64,000 nucleotides of DNA from Dehalococcoidia bacterium (GTDB lineage: Bacteria > Chloroflexota > Dehalococcoidia > UBA2979), in NCBI GenBank assembly GCA_964291495.2, contig OZ219871.1:1303355-1367354 (forward strand). The letters are read 5' to 3'. Positions 1 to 9,293 of this stretch are shown piece by piece. Position 1 is the first letter of the stretch. Each line of letters starts with the position of its first letter. The translations under genes were made by a program, and so were the position numbers. Under the pieces are notes generated by a model that was not told the origin of the DNA, ran no database searches, and saw only the letters and a list, made by a program, of their open reading frames with translations.

Positions 1-972
1 CACGCGGGCCCGGTGGTAGACGGCGGCGTGGATCAGTGCCTCGCGGATCGAAAGGTAGGCGTCGTGCAGCTCCACGTACTTGCCGACCACGGCGATGCGC
101 ACCTCGGAGCCGGGATTGCGCAGCCGCTCGACGAAGTCGCGCCAGTCGTCGAGGTCGGGCGCCGGCGTCTCGATGCCGATGCGCTTCAGCACCAGGTCGG
201 CGAGCCCGCACGCCTCGAGGACCAGCGGGATCTCGTAGATCGAGTCGGCCGTCTGGAGGGGAATCACCGCCTCGCGCTCGACGTTGCAGAAGAGGCCGAT
301 CTTCTCGCGCAGCGCCTCCGGCGCGGGCTGATCGGCGCGGGCGATGATCACGTCCGGCTGGATGCCGAAGGAGCGCAGCTCGCGCACGGAGTGCTGGGTC
401 GGCTTGGTCTTCAGCTCCCGCGTCGAGCCGATGTAGGGCAGCAGCGTGACATGGATCGAGGCCGTCGCGTCCACGCCGAGCGTGTGCCGCATCTGGCCGA
501 TCGCCTCGATGAACGGCTGGCTCTCGATGTCGCCGATGGTGCCGCCGACCTCGACGATCACGACCTCGGCGTCCAGCGCGGCGCCCGCCTCGCGGATGCG
601 CCGGCGAATCTCGTTGGTGACGTGCGGGATCTGCTGGATGGTGCCGCCGAGGAAGTCGCCGTGCCGCTCCTTGCGGATCACCTCTTCGTAGATCTGGCCG
701 GAGGAGGTGGAGTTGGCCTGCGAGAAGTTCTCGTCGAGGAAGCGCTCGTAGTGTCCGAGGTCGAGGTCCGTCTCGGCGCCGTCGTCGGTGACGAAGACCT
801 CGCCATGCTGGTACGGGGACATCGTGCCGGGGTCGACGTTGATGTAGGGGTCGAGCTTGAGAACGGAGACGCGGAGGCCGCGGGCGCGCAGGATGCGGCC
901 GAGCGAGGCGGTGACGATCCCCTTGCCGACGGAGCTCACGACGCCGCCCGTGACGAAGATGTACTTCGGCAT
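1..972 (-). CDS. pyrG: CTP synthase (N-terminal 324 codons; 3' end lies beyond the window start)
   Basis: My reverse-strand translation from ATG (972-970) reads [64 protein letters not shown]..., the canonical CTP synthase N-terminus. GAGGG Shine-Dalgarno lies just upstream. It is absent from the ORF track because no stop lies in the window; track ORF 13..1224(+) is its antisense shadow. Confidence 0.95.
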   Translation of the reverse strand, partial: MPKYIFVTGGVVSSVGKGIVTASLGRILRARGLRVSVLKLDPYINVDPGTMSPYQHGEVFVTDDGAETDLDLGHYERFLDENFSQANSTSSGQIYEEVIRKERHGDFLGGTIQQIPHVTNEIRRRIREAGAALDAEVVIVEVGGTIGDIESQPFIEAIGQMRHTLGVDATASIHVTLLPYIGSTRELKTKPTQHSVRELRSFGIQPDVIIARADQPAPEALREKIGLFCNVEREAVIPLQTADSIYEIPLVLEACGLADLVLKRIGIETPAPDLDDWRDFVERLRNPGSEVRIAVVGKYVELHDAYLSIREALIHAAVYHRARV

Positions 973-1068
973 CAGCCCTCGGATGGTTGGGGAGGACACG
1001 GACCATATTCCGCGCGCGCCGCGAAGGTGTCAACGCTCGGGGGCGTGGGCGCGCCCCAGCACAGCCCC

Positions 1069-1458
1069 CTACGGATCCCCTGTGTAGTCCTCAATGTCGC
1101 CCAGAACCGGTACGCGCCCGATGCCCCAGAGGATCACCTCCCGACTTCGCTCGAAGTCAGCATGGAACTCGAACCAGACCATGCACTCAGGCACATCCGG
1201 AAACCCGGGCTCCGTGAGGAGTAGCCCCTCGCGGATCGGTTCGTCGCCGTCAACGACCTTGATCCGCGGGTGCTCCCGGCCATCCCGGTACGCCTCGATC
1301 TCGCGATCAAGGACGTGCTTGATGCCGCCCTCAAGCAGCTGCAGTCGCGCCACGGCCCCCGGGACCACCGAGGCGAGTTGCGCGGAGAACTCGGGGGTTA
1401 CCTCGAAGTGGTGTGTCCAGCGGCCGGGCGGCTGCTCACGAGGAAGATCTCGTGGCAC
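1069..1458 (-). CDS. hypothetical ~129-aa protein; candidate toxin partner of the upstream Panacea-domain antitoxin
   Basis: Lower part of track ORF 1069..1596(-). The coding-looking segment is WTHHFEVTPEFSAQLASV...ECMVWFEFHADFERSREVILWGIGRVP. Start provisionally set at the in-frame GTG at 1458. The Arg-rich N-terminal part of the track ORF overlaps the antitoxin gene and looks spurious. The gene overlaps the 3' end of 1436..1942, so the two are operonic. No family recognised. Confidence 0.5.
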   Translation of the reverse strand: MPRDLPREQPPGRWTHHFEVTPEFSAQLASVVPGAVARLQLLEGGIKHVLDREIEAYRDGREHPRIKVVDGDEPIREGLLLTEPGFPDVPECMVWFEFHADFERSREVILWGIGRVPVLGDIEDYTGDP

Positions 1459-1942
1459 GTCGTTCCGCCAGCGCCCGCTCCCACGCCGCAACCTCAGTTG
1501 GCGTCGGCTGGCGGTCAGAGATGTACGCGGTCTCGTACGGGATCTCCTCGCGATCACGCGCGAGCCTCCACCCCGCCTCGAGGTGCGACAACGCACTTAC
1601 CTCCGACGCGTTGAGCTCTCGGAGGTCCGCAAGTACGGCATCTACGATGGCGAGTTCGTCGGGATCCAGGACCTCGCTCACTTCCGACCTCCGCAGGGGG
1701 CGGATCACCTTCTGCGGGCGGTTGAAGTAGTGCCGTTCGAAGCGTTCGAGCTCCCCCTCTGCCTCCATTGAGCGAAGAGCTGGAAGCAGTTCCCGGGGGG
1801 CGGGCCCTCTGTCCAGGCGCTGGTAGGTAGCCCCGGTGATCGACTCGCCGAGCATTCCGAACGCCTTGAAATCGCTAAAGTAGAGAATCTTGTTGAGCTT
1901 CGTGGCCCCGAAGCGAGGATCCTCCTCCGACGCTTCGGCCAC
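1436..1942 (-). CDS. Panacea / DUF4065 (SocA-like) domain protein, putative type II antitoxin (PanA-like)
   Basis: Track ORF with GTG start. The core FGATKLNKILYFSDFKAFGMLGESITGATYQRLDRGPAPRELLPAL matches the DUF4065 signature as I remember it (KLxKLLYF ... G.P. ... Y.....GP). A/T-ending codons are visibly more frequent than in the flanking genes. Confidence 0.65.
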   Translation of the reverse strand: MAEASEEDPRFGATKLNKILYFSDFKAFGMLGESITGATYQRLDRGPAPRELLPALRSMEAEGELERFERHYFNRPQKVIRPLRRSEVSEVLDPDELAIVDAVLADLRELNASEVSALSHLEAGWRLARDREEIPYETAYISDRQPTPTEVAAWERALAERRATRSSS

Positions 1943-2200
1943 GTAGAGAACGAGTTCCCGGAACTTGCTGCTATCGAAGGTCCTGGTCAGTGCCGCCCCC
2001 GGTTACTGCGCTGCGCTCTGCCAACAAGACAGCCGCTTACTCGGCTCACCCGTCAACACACTCTAGCCGGGTGGCACGTCCGCTGCCAAGAGCGGATCTC
2101 ATGCGACCATCGGCATTCCTTGCCGACGCTGTACACCCCTCGTACGCTGAGCCGCGGGCAATCGGGCGCCCTTGAGGCCCGCAACTGGAGAGGCTCACGG

Positions 2201-3484
2201 ATGCCACCCGCCGAGGCGATCAATCCCCAGATCAGCACACTGCCCAACGGCCTGCGTGTCATCACCACGCCCGTCCCCACCGCCCAGAGCGCCAGCGTCT
2301 CCTTCTTCGTCGGCGTCGGCTCGCGCGACGAGGATCCGCGGACCAACGGCGTCTCCCACTACCTGGAGCACATGCTCTTCAAGGGCACCTCCACGCGACC
2401 CACCGCGCCTGAGATCAGCGAGGCCATCGAGGGCGCGGGCGGCGGCCTCAACGCCTACACCACGCGCGAGCTGACGTGCTACTGGAACAACATGCCGTTC
2501 GAGCGCGCCGCCACCGGCGTCGAGGTGCTGGCCGACATGATCCAGCGCTCCCTGCTCGACTCAGAGGAGATCGACCGCGAGCGCACCGTGGTCCAGCAGG
2601 AGATCCGCCGCGGCCACGACGCCCCTGCCTCCCGCGCCTCCGAGCTGATGGTGCGCGCCGTCTACGGTGATCAACCAATCGGCTGGCCCGTCACCGGCTC
2701 GATCGAGACCGTCGAGGCGCTCACCCGCGACGACTTCGTCTCCCACGTCGAGCGCTTCTACGGCGCGGAGAACTCCGTGCTGTCCGTCGCCGGGAACGTC
2801 ACGCACGACTGGGTGACCGAGGCGGCCACGGAGTGCTTCGACGGACTGCGCGACGGCGTGGCCGGCGACGCGTCGGCCGCCGAGCACGGCCTGCCGGAGG
2901 AGTCGATCATCATCGAGGAGCGCGAGATCGAGCAGACCAACATCCGCCTCGCCGTGCAGGGTCCGGCGCGCCGCGACCCGGACCGCTACGCGCTGGCGCT
3001 GCTGCACACCGTGCTGGGGCGCGGCATGTCCTCGCGGCTCTTCCAGGAGGTGCGGGAGCGACGAGGGCTCGCCTACTCGGTCGCCTCGGGCGTCGCGCAG
3101 CACCAGGACATCGGCTCCTTCGTGGTCAGCGCGGGCGTATCGCGCGATCAGCAGGAGGAGGCGCTGCAGGTGATCGTCGGCGAGCTGCAGCGCGCCGCCG
3201 ACGAGCCCGTGAGCGCCGAGGAGTTGCAGCGCGCGAAGGACTTCGCCGCCGGCACCTTCCGCCTCTCGATGGAGACGCCGATGGCGCTCGGCCAGCACTT
3301 CGGCACGCAGCTGTTGCAGGACGGCGAGATCGAACTGCCCGGCGACACCGTCGAGCGTATCCGCGCCGTCGAGGCCGCCGATCTGCAGAGCGTCGCGCAG
3401 CGGCTGTTCGGCGGCGAGTACGCGCTCGCCGTCGTCGGACCCTCCGCCTCGGCGGATCGCCTCGGCGCGATCCTCGCGGCCTGA
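2201..3484 (+). CDS. M16 (pitrilysin/insulinase) family zinc peptidase
   Basis: HxxEH zinc motif in GVSHYLEHMLFKGT and typical M16 architecture. Start placed at ATG 2201 (GGAGAGG SD 7 nt upstream) rather than track start 2120. Confidence 0.9.
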   Translation: MPPAEAINPQISTLPNGLRVITTPVPTAQSASVSFFVGVGSRDEDPRTNGVSHYLEHMLFKGTSTRPTAPEISEAIEGAGGGLNAYTTRELTCYWNNMPFERAATGVEVLADMIQRSLLDSEEIDRERTVVQQEIRRGHDAPASRASELMVRAVYGDQPIGWPVTGSIETVEALTRDDFVSHVERFYGAENSVLSVAGNVTHDWVTEAATECFDGLRDGVAGDASAAEHGLPEESIIIEEREIEQTNIRLAVQGPARRDPDRYALALLHTVLGRGMSSRLFQEVRERRGLAYSVASGVAQHQDIGSFVVSAGVSRDQQEEALQVIVGELQRAADEPVSAEELQRAKDFAAGTFRLSMETPMALGQHFGTQLLQDGEIELPGDTVERIRAVEAADLQSVAQRLFGGEYALAVVGPSASADRLGAILAA

Positions 3485-3494
3485 GCCGCCCACG

Positions 3495-4136
3495 ATGAGC
3501 GCGCCGCGCACGAACCTGATCCTGCTGCCCGGCGCTCCCGTCGCCGCGACCCGCGCCGACGCCGTCACCACCTCGCCCGACGCCACCGACGCCGCGCGCG
3601 CGGCCGGCGTCCCGATCGATGTCCGCCTCGCCCACCCGCGCGAGGGCCTGCTGCGCTCGCAGCTCGAGGCGCTCGATGGGCCGGTTGCCTGCGTGCTGCT
3701 CGCCGCGACCACGCAGCCGCAGGATCTGCGAGCGGCCGACGTCGAGCTGCGCCGGCACGAACTGCACCGCGGCCTCACGCCCGGCAACATCGGCCTCGTC
3801 CCCGAGATCGGGAGCGCCGCGGCCATCGAACGCCTGCCGCAACTGCTCGCCGCCATCGACCGCATCGCGAGCGTCGCGCTCGACATCGAGGCGGTCGCAG
3901 CCGACCTTCGCGCACCGGATGCGCGCGCCGAGGCGCTGCAGGCGCCGATCCTCGCGCGGGTCGCGCTCGCGGCGAGCGCCGCAGCGCTGCCCTGGACCGT
4001 CGGCGCGATGGGCTTCTCGCCCGGCGATCGCGCGGCCCTCGCGGCGCGCGCTCGGGTCCTCGGCGCCGCGGGGGTCTACGTGTTGGCCGAGTCCGAGGTC
4101 GCGGGCCTCAACGCGCTCTTCTCCGGCGCCGCCTGA
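3495..4136 (+). CDS. divergent HpcH/HpaI aldolase / citrate-lyase beta (CitE)-like protein
   Basis: Track ORF. RTNLILLPG (compare RSxLFVPG) and PEIGSAAAIERL...IASVALDIEAVAADL resemble the CitE/HpcH family. At 213 aa it is short and the match is weak. GC3-rich coding signal. Confidence 0.45.
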   Translation: MSAPRTNLILLPGAPVAATRADAVTTSPDATDAARAAGVPIDVRLAHPREGLLRSQLEALDGPVACVLLAATTQPQDLRAADVELRRHELHRGLTPGNIGLVPEIGSAAAIERLPQLLAAIDRIASVALDIEAVAADLRAPDARAEALQAPILARVALAASAAALPWTVGAMGFSPGDRAALAARARVLGAAGVYVLAESEVAGLNALFSGAA

Positions 4137-4145
4137 CTGCGGTCC

Positions 4146-4649
4146 CTACGGGATCCGCCCCAACCGCCGCAGCAGCGCCCGGATCTCGCCCACCACGCGG
4201 CGGTGGCGTCGCTCCAGCGTGCGCCGCGCTCGCGCGACGTACGCGCCGCCCGCCTCGTCGAGGAGCCCACTCGCAAGCGCCGCCTCCACCTCGTCCTCGT
4301 CCTCCCAGCGCGTCTTGATGCGGCCCACCGCGTCGACACGCACCACGAGGTCGAGTAGCAGATCGAGGTAGCGCACCTCGCCGTCGTCGATCTCGACGTC
4401 CCGTAGCACGTCGAAGCGGCTCCGCACCTCGCTGCCCGCGTCCCGAGCGCCGGGCGGACGCACGATGTGGTAGCAGCCGTAGGGGCGGCGCGGCCAGAAG
4501 CAGCCGTACGAGTCCAGCGAGTCGGCGCCGCGCTCGATGCGGAACAGCACCAACAGCAGGCTCGGGCTGCGGTGCACCAGCTCGGTCGCGAAGCGCTCCT
4601 CGCTCCCGTCGAGCTTGCGCTTGACCTCGATGATCTCGCTCTCCGCCAT
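4146..4649 (-). CDS. DUF402 family protein (FomD/Ntdp-type nucleotide phosphatase-like)
   Basis: Track ORF. GEVRYLDLLLDLVVRVDAVGRIKTRWEDEDEVEAA resembles the DUF402 core. Family call is from memory. Confidence 0.55.
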   Translation of the reverse strand: MAESEIIEVKRKLDGSEERFATELVHRSPSLLLVLFRIERGADSLDSYGCFWPRRPYGCYHIVRPPGARDAGSEVRSRFDVLRDVEIDDGEVRYLDLLLDLVVRVDAVGRIKTRWEDEDEVEAALASGLLDEAGGAYVARARRTLERRHRRVVGEIRALLRRLGRIP

Positions 4650-4692
4650 CCGGCCAGCCTCCCGGCGCTAGACTACGAAACCGGAGGCGAGA

Positions 4693-5403
4693 ATGAGCGC
4701 ACCGGCTGGACCCTCGGCCGTCGTCACGGGCGCCAACCGCGCCGACGGCATCGGCCTCGCGCTCGTGCGCGAGTTGCGTGCCCGCGGCTGCGCGCCGGTC
4801 GTCGGCACCTACCGCGATGCCGCGACGAGCACGGCGCTGCTCGCCGAGACGGCGAGCGACCCGGACATGCTCGCCGCCGAGCTCGACGTCACCTCGGAGC
4901 AGTCGGTCGAGGCGTTCGGGCAATGGTGCGCGCGCCGCCTCGACCGCGTCGACCTGCTGGTGAACAACGCGGGCCTGGGCAGCGTGCCCGGTTCGATCGT
5001 GACGGCGCCGATCGAGGATCTCGAGCAGCAGGTGCAGGTGCACGGCATCGGCATGCTGCGCGTGACGCGGGCGCTCCTGCCGCTGATGGGCCCCGGCTCG
5101 GTGGCGCTCAGCGTCTCGTCCAGCCTCGGCAGCATCGCCGACATGAACGCCGGCTCGACCTACTACGCGCCAGCGAAGGCGTTCCAGAACGCTCTCACGA
5201 GGCAACTCGCAGCGACCGTGCGGGCCGACGGCGTGATCGCCTTCTCCGCCTCCCCGGGCTGGGTCGCGACCTCGATGGGCGGTGCAGGAGCGCAACTGAC
5301 GCCCGAGGAGTCGGCGCGGCAGCTCGCCGACCTGCTGCTCGGCGCGGGGCCGGAGGACGCCGGCACGTTCCGCAGCCTCGACGGTGGCGTGATCGCCTGG
5401 TGA
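4693..5403 (+). CDS. short-chain dehydrogenase/reductase (SDR)
   Basis: VVTGANRADGIGLA cofactor-binding motif, NNAG, and catalytic YYAPAKAF (YxxxK). Confidence 0.85.
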   Translation: MSAPAGPSAVVTGANRADGIGLALVRELRARGCAPVVGTYRDAATSTALLAETASDPDMLAAELDVTSEQSVEAFGQWCARRLDRVDLLVNNAGLGSVPGSIVTAPIEDLEQQVQVHGIGMLRVTRALLPLMGPGSVALSVSSSLGSIADMNAGSTYYAPAKAFQNALTRQLAATVRADGVIAFSASPGWVATSMGGAGAQLTPEESARQLADLLLGAGPEDAGTFRSLDGGVIAW

Positions 5404-5431
5404 GCCGCTCCGTCCACGCGAGCGAACGCGG

Positions 5432-6196
5432 TCACTCGATGACCACGAGCCAGGCGATCAGCGGGTCCGGGCCTCCGTTTGGATCCAGATCGAGGCCGAC
5501 GGCCACCCGGTCGCCCTCGCGAAGCTCGTGCGGGGCAGCGACCACGAGGTAGCTCGTGCCCGGCGCATCCCGGGCGCTTACCCGATCGCCGAAGACCAGG
5601 TCGACGCCCGGTATCGCATGGTCGCCCTCGAGATCGCGGAGCCGGATCGATGCGCCCTCGACGGACTCGACCGTGCCGCTCACGACCGCCTCACCTGCCC
5701 AGCGCATCACGCCGCCATCGCTCATGTGCACGCGGTGCAGCCCGCCGAGGGCGTCCCGCAGCACGACGCGGAACCCCGGCGTCAGCACCGTGGCGCAGGC
5801 GACGCCCGGCTGCGCGACGCCCAGGCAGGCGTCCGGCCAGACGACCGCCTCGGCGATCTCCACGTCCAGGTCGGTTGCGGGAGCGCCAAGCCACTCGGCC
5901 ATCAACTCGATCGCATTGCCCGTCACCAGCTCCAGCGGTTGTTCGCCGCTCGGCGTCTGCTCGCCAGCGGGCGTAGTCGGAGTTGCGGTCGCGTCGGCGG
6001 TCGGGCTGTCCGTGGGCGTGGGCGGGGCGGTCGGCGCCACGGTCGTTGGCGTCGGCGTCGCAGCCTCGGTCGGCGCGGTCGGACCGGCCGCCGTCGGCGA
6101 GTCGGCGACGGGGCTGCGCGGCGGCGGGCTGTCCGTCGCCGAGCACGCGACGAGCAGCAGCACCGCTGCGAGCGCCAGCGTCAGCCGGGCGAGCAT
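5432..6196 (-). CDS. lipoprotein with Pro/Thr/Ala-rich linker, unknown function
   Basis: Internal ATG at 6196 gives MLARLTLALAAVLLLVAC-S (signal peptide plus lipobox), preceded by GGGAGGGA SD. The upstream 78 codons of track ORF 5432..6430 are Arg/Cys-rich and rejected. Confidence 0.7.
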   Translation of the reverse strand: MLARLTLALAAVLLLVACSATDSPPPRSPVADSPTAAGPTAPTEAATPTPTTVAPTAPPTPTDSPTADATATPTTPAGEQTPSGEQPLELVTGNAIELMAEWLGAPATDLDVEIAEAVVWPDACLGVAQPGVACATVLTPGFRVVLRDALGGLHRVHMSDGGVMRWAGEAVVSGTVESVEGASIRLRDLEGDHAIPGVDLVFGDRVSARDAPGTSYLVVAAPHELREGDRVAVGLDLDPNGGPDPLIAWLVVIE

Positions 6197-6353
6197 CGGC
6201 GATTCCCTCCCGATCCCCACCTCCGAGGATAGTGCGGCGCGGCCTGCGGTATCATGTCCGGGACACCGCGCATCGGCGCCGGCGCCGCGCGCGGTGTTCG
6301 TGCGCCTCGATCCGCGGCGCACGGGCCAGCAGCAGCAGACGCGAGGGCGAGCG

Positions 6354-7670
6354 ATGCCGGCGACGGTCATCATCGGCGGACAGTGGGGCGACGAGGGCAA
6401 GGGCCGCGTCGTCGACTTCTTCGCACGCAACTGCTCCGTGATCGCCCGCTACTCGGCGGGCAGCAACGCCGGCCACACGATCGTCAACGAGCTCGGCAAG
6501 TTCGGCCTGCACCTCGTGCCGGCCGGCATCTTCCACGCGGAGACCACCTGCGTCATCGGCAACGGCGTGGTCGTCAACCCGCAGGCGCTGATCGAGGAGC
6601 TGGAGATGCTCTCCAGCCGCGGCGTCGACACCTCGCGTGTGCGCGTCAGCGATCGCGCGCACGTCGTGATGCCGTGGCACCTCGCCATCGACGAGCTTGA
6701 CGAGAAGCTGCGCGGCGAGCACGCGATCGGCACCACCGGCACGGGCACGGGGCCGGCCTTCACCGACAAGACGGGCCGCCTCGGCGTGCGCATGATCGAT
6801 CTCGCGCAGCCGGAGTCACTGGAGACCCTGCTGAGCTTCGTGCTGCCCTACAAGAACCGCATCATCACGGAACTGTACGGCGGCGAACCGCTGGACTACG
6901 AGCAGATCCGCGACGAGTACCGCGAGTACGGCCGTCAGCTCCGCCCGTTCGTCACCGACACGGCGCGGCTGCTGCAGGACGCGCACGACCGCGGCGAGCA
7001 GATCCTGCTCGAGGGCGCGCAGGGGACGCTGCTCGACCTCGACAACGGCACCTACCCCTACGTCACGTCCTCGGTCCCGTCGTCGATGTCCGCCGGGGCC
7101 TGCCTGGGCGTGGGGCTCGGCCCCACGGCGGTCGACCGGGTGGTGGGGGTGTACAAGGCCTACCAGACGCGCGTCGGCGACGGCCCGTTCCCCACCGAGC
7201 TGTTCGGCGAGGAGGCCGCCGCGCTCCGCGACCACGGGATCGAGCAGGGGACCGGCGAGTACGGCACCACCACGGGCCGGCCGCGGCGCTGCGGGTGGTT
7301 CGACGGCGTGCTCGCGCGCCAGACGGCGAAGCTCAACGGCGTCAACTCGATCGCCCTCACGCGGCTCGACGTGCTCGCACAGTTCGAGTCGGTGCAGGTC
7401 TGCGTCGGCTACGAGCTCGACGGCAAGCGGATCGACTCCCTCCCGGCCTCCCTGCGCGACGCGAACACCGTGCGGCCGGTCTACGAGGTGCTGCCCGGCT
7501 GGCAGCAAGAGGTGTCGGACGTGCGCCACTTCCCGGACCTGCCCCTGGAGGCGCGCCGCTTCGTGCGCCGTATCGAGGAGTTGGTCGACGCGCCCGTCGA
7601 CATGATCTCTGTGGGACCGGAGCGCGAACAGGCAATCGTGACACGCGACATCTTCGGCGTGCCGCTGTAG
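6354..7670 (+). CDS. purA: adenylosuccinate synthetase
   Basis: MPATVIIGGQWGDEGKGRVVDFF..., GTTGTGTGPAF, TTGRPRRCGWFD. The start is an internal ATG at 6354 of track ORF 5556..7670. Confidence 0.95.
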   Translation: MPATVIIGGQWGDEGKGRVVDFFARNCSVIARYSAGSNAGHTIVNELGKFGLHLVPAGIFHAETTCVIGNGVVVNPQALIEELEMLSSRGVDTSRVRVSDRAHVVMPWHLAIDELDEKLRGEHAIGTTGTGTGPAFTDKTGRLGVRMIDLAQPESLETLLSFVLPYKNRIITELYGGEPLDYEQIRDEYREYGRQLRPFVTDTARLLQDAHDRGEQILLEGAQGTLLDLDNGTYPYVTSSVPSSMSAGACLGVGLGPTAVDRVVGVYKAYQTRVGDGPFPTELFGEEAAALRDHGIEQGTGEYGTTTGRPRRCGWFDGVLARQTAKLNGVNSIALTRLDVLAQFESVQVCVGYELDGKRIDSLPASLRDANTVRPVYEVLPGWQQEVSDVRHFPDLPLEARRFVRRIEELVDAPVDMISVGPEREQAIVTRDIFGVPL

Positions 7671-7703
7671 GCGGCGCCTCGAGGACACGGAGAGGGGACG
7701 ACG

Positions 7704-8225
7704 ATGGAACATCTGCTGCCCGGCTTCCACGTGCTGTTCGCTGCCCTGCTCGTCGGAGGGCAGGTCCTGCTCGCCTTCGCCGTCATCCCCTCCACCTGGC
7801 TCATCGACGACGAGGGGCTGCGCCGCCGCGTCACGCTCGTCGTGGCGCGTCGCTTCACCTGGATCGTCGGGATCTCGCTTGTCGGGCTGATCGTGACGGG
7901 GCTCGCGCAGTTCTACACCGACATCTTCGTCCCGCCGGACATCCGCGAGAACATGACCGAGTACCACTTCGGCCGCGTCTTCATGGTGAAGATGCTGTTC
8001 GTCACGATCCTGATCATCATGATCGCCGTGCACGGCGCGGTCTTCGGCCAGCGCATCGCCCGCATCTCGGACGCCGTGCAGGCAGGCGAGACGGACCCCG
8101 GCGACCTCGAGCAGGCGCGCCGCACCTCGCTGGTCTTCTCCGCGATCATGGTGCTGGTCTCGATCGTGCTGATCTTCCTCGGCGCCAGCCTCGGCAATCA
8201 CGCCTACTCGCACAACCCGCTCTAG
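7704..8225 (+). CDS. integral membrane protein, unknown function (4 hydrophobic segments)
   Basis: Track ORF. TM-like segments are LFAALLVGGQVLLAFAVIP, WIVGISLVGLIVTGLAQF, MLFVTILIIMIAVHGAVF and LVFSAIMVLVSIVLIFLGASL. Confidence 0.65.
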   Translation: MEHLLPGFHVLFAALLVGGQVLLAFAVIPSTWLIDDEGLRRRVTLVVARRFTWIVGISLVGLIVTGLAQFYTDIFVPPDIRENMTEYHFGRVFMVKMLFVTILIIMIAVHGAVFGQRIARISDAVQAGETDPGDLEQARRTSLVFSAIMVLVSIVLIFLGASLGNHAYSHNPL

Positions 8226-8229
8226 TAGC

Positions 8230-8781
8230 GTGAGCGCGGCTGCCGAGGCGCCCCGACGCCTGCGCACCTTGCCCGACCTGCTGCGTCCCGGCCTCGACCT
8301 CGTCTTCGTCGGCATCAATCCCGGCGAGCGCTCGGCGCGCCTCGGCCACTACTACGGCCACCCCGGCAACGCCTTCTGGTCCGTCCTCTCGGCGAGCGGC
8401 CTCGTCCGTGAGACCGTCGGGCCCGAGGACGACCGCCGCCTCCCCGCCGAGTGCGGCATCGGCTTCACCGACGTCGTGAAGCGGGTGCAGACGGACAGCA
8501 CGCGGGTGAGCGTCACGGAGCTGCGCGCGTCCGCGCCTGCCTTCCGCCGGCGCATCGCCTACGCCTCACCGCGCGCGGTCTGCTTCACGACGACGCGCGC
8601 CTTCGACGTGCTGCACCCACGCGTGCGGCCCCCGCGAACGTGGGGCCTCCAGCCCGTCCAGGTCGCGGGCGCCGACGCCTGGGTGATGCCCTCGACATCC
8701 GGCCGGGCCGCCAGCTACCGCGACGAGACGCACCGCGTGCTGCGCGAACTGGCGGTCGCACTCGGCCGGGTGGCGCCGTGA
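8230..8781 (+). CDS. mug: G/U mismatch-specific uracil-DNA glycosylase (Mug/TDG family)
   Basis: LDLVFVGINPGERSARLGHYYGHPGNAFW contains the GINPG and NAFW hallmarks of Mug. Confidence 0.85.
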   Translation: MSAAAEAPRRLRTLPDLLRPGLDLVFVGINPGERSARLGHYYGHPGNAFWSVLSASGLVRETVGPEDDRRLPAECGIGFTDVVKRVQTDSTRVSVTELRASAPAFRRRIAYASPRAVCFTTTRAFDVLHPRVRPPRTWGLQPVQVAGADAWVMPSTSGRAASYRDETHRVLRELAVALGRVAP

Positions 8782-9293
8782 GCGAGGAGCAGCGCTACCG
8801 GCCGGACGACGAGTGCCCGCTGTTCAGCGAGCGCCTCGAGGAGCTGCTCGTCGCCGTCACGCGGGGCGAGTCACCGAACGCCGGGCGCTTCTGCGGCCAC
8901 TGCTACCACCCGCTCGGCGAACGCACGCGGTCCTGCCCGCACTGCGCCACGAGCAGCGGGGAGCGCGCGCCCGTGGACTCCGTGCCGGAGGAGATCATCG
9001 AGATGCTCCGCGCCCAGCGACAGACGGAAAGCCGGATCGTGAACGCCTTCGCCTACACCGGCCTGATCATCGCCGTGCTCGGCGGGCTGGCGCTGGTCCT
9101 CGGCGTCCCGTTCCTGCGCGCCAACCTGATCTGGGCGACGGTCGTCTACGCCATCGTGCTGCTGATCGGTGGTCGCGGGCTGGCGGGGTTCCTCGGTGGC
9201 TACTACGGCGACCGCATCGGCTACGAGCGCGCCCGCCGCGCGCTGCGTGAGCGCTGGGCGGACTGGCTCGTGGAGCGCGACGGCGAGGGCTAG
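8778..9293 (+). CDS. zinc-ribbon membrane protein, unknown function
   Basis: In-frame GTG at 8778 overlaps the mug stop (GTGA). CGHC-x10-CPHC is followed by two TM segments. The upstream part of track ORF 8451..9293 overlaps mug out of frame and is rejected. Confidence 0.6.
   Translation: MSEEQRYRPDDECPLFSERLEELLVAVTRGESPNAGRFCGHCYHPLGERTRSCPHCATSSGERAPVDSVPEEIIEMLRAQRQTESRIVNAFAYTGLIIAVLGGLALVLGVPFLRANLIWATVVYAIVLLIGGRGLAGFLGGYYGDRIGYERARRALRERWADWLVERDGEG

Noticed and set aside
13-1224. 403-aa plus-strand ORF at the left edge
   Set aside because: It is the antisense shadow of pyrG, whose reverse-strand translation is textbook CTP synthase. The composition is Arg/Ala/Asp/Leu-rich with no motifs.
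5556-6353. 266-codon N-terminal extension of the purA track ORF
   Set aside because: It is antisense to the lipoprotein gene 5432..6196 and is Ser/Ala/Arg/Pro-rich. The canonical PurA N-terminus (MPATVIIGGQWGDEGKG) starts at ATG 6354.
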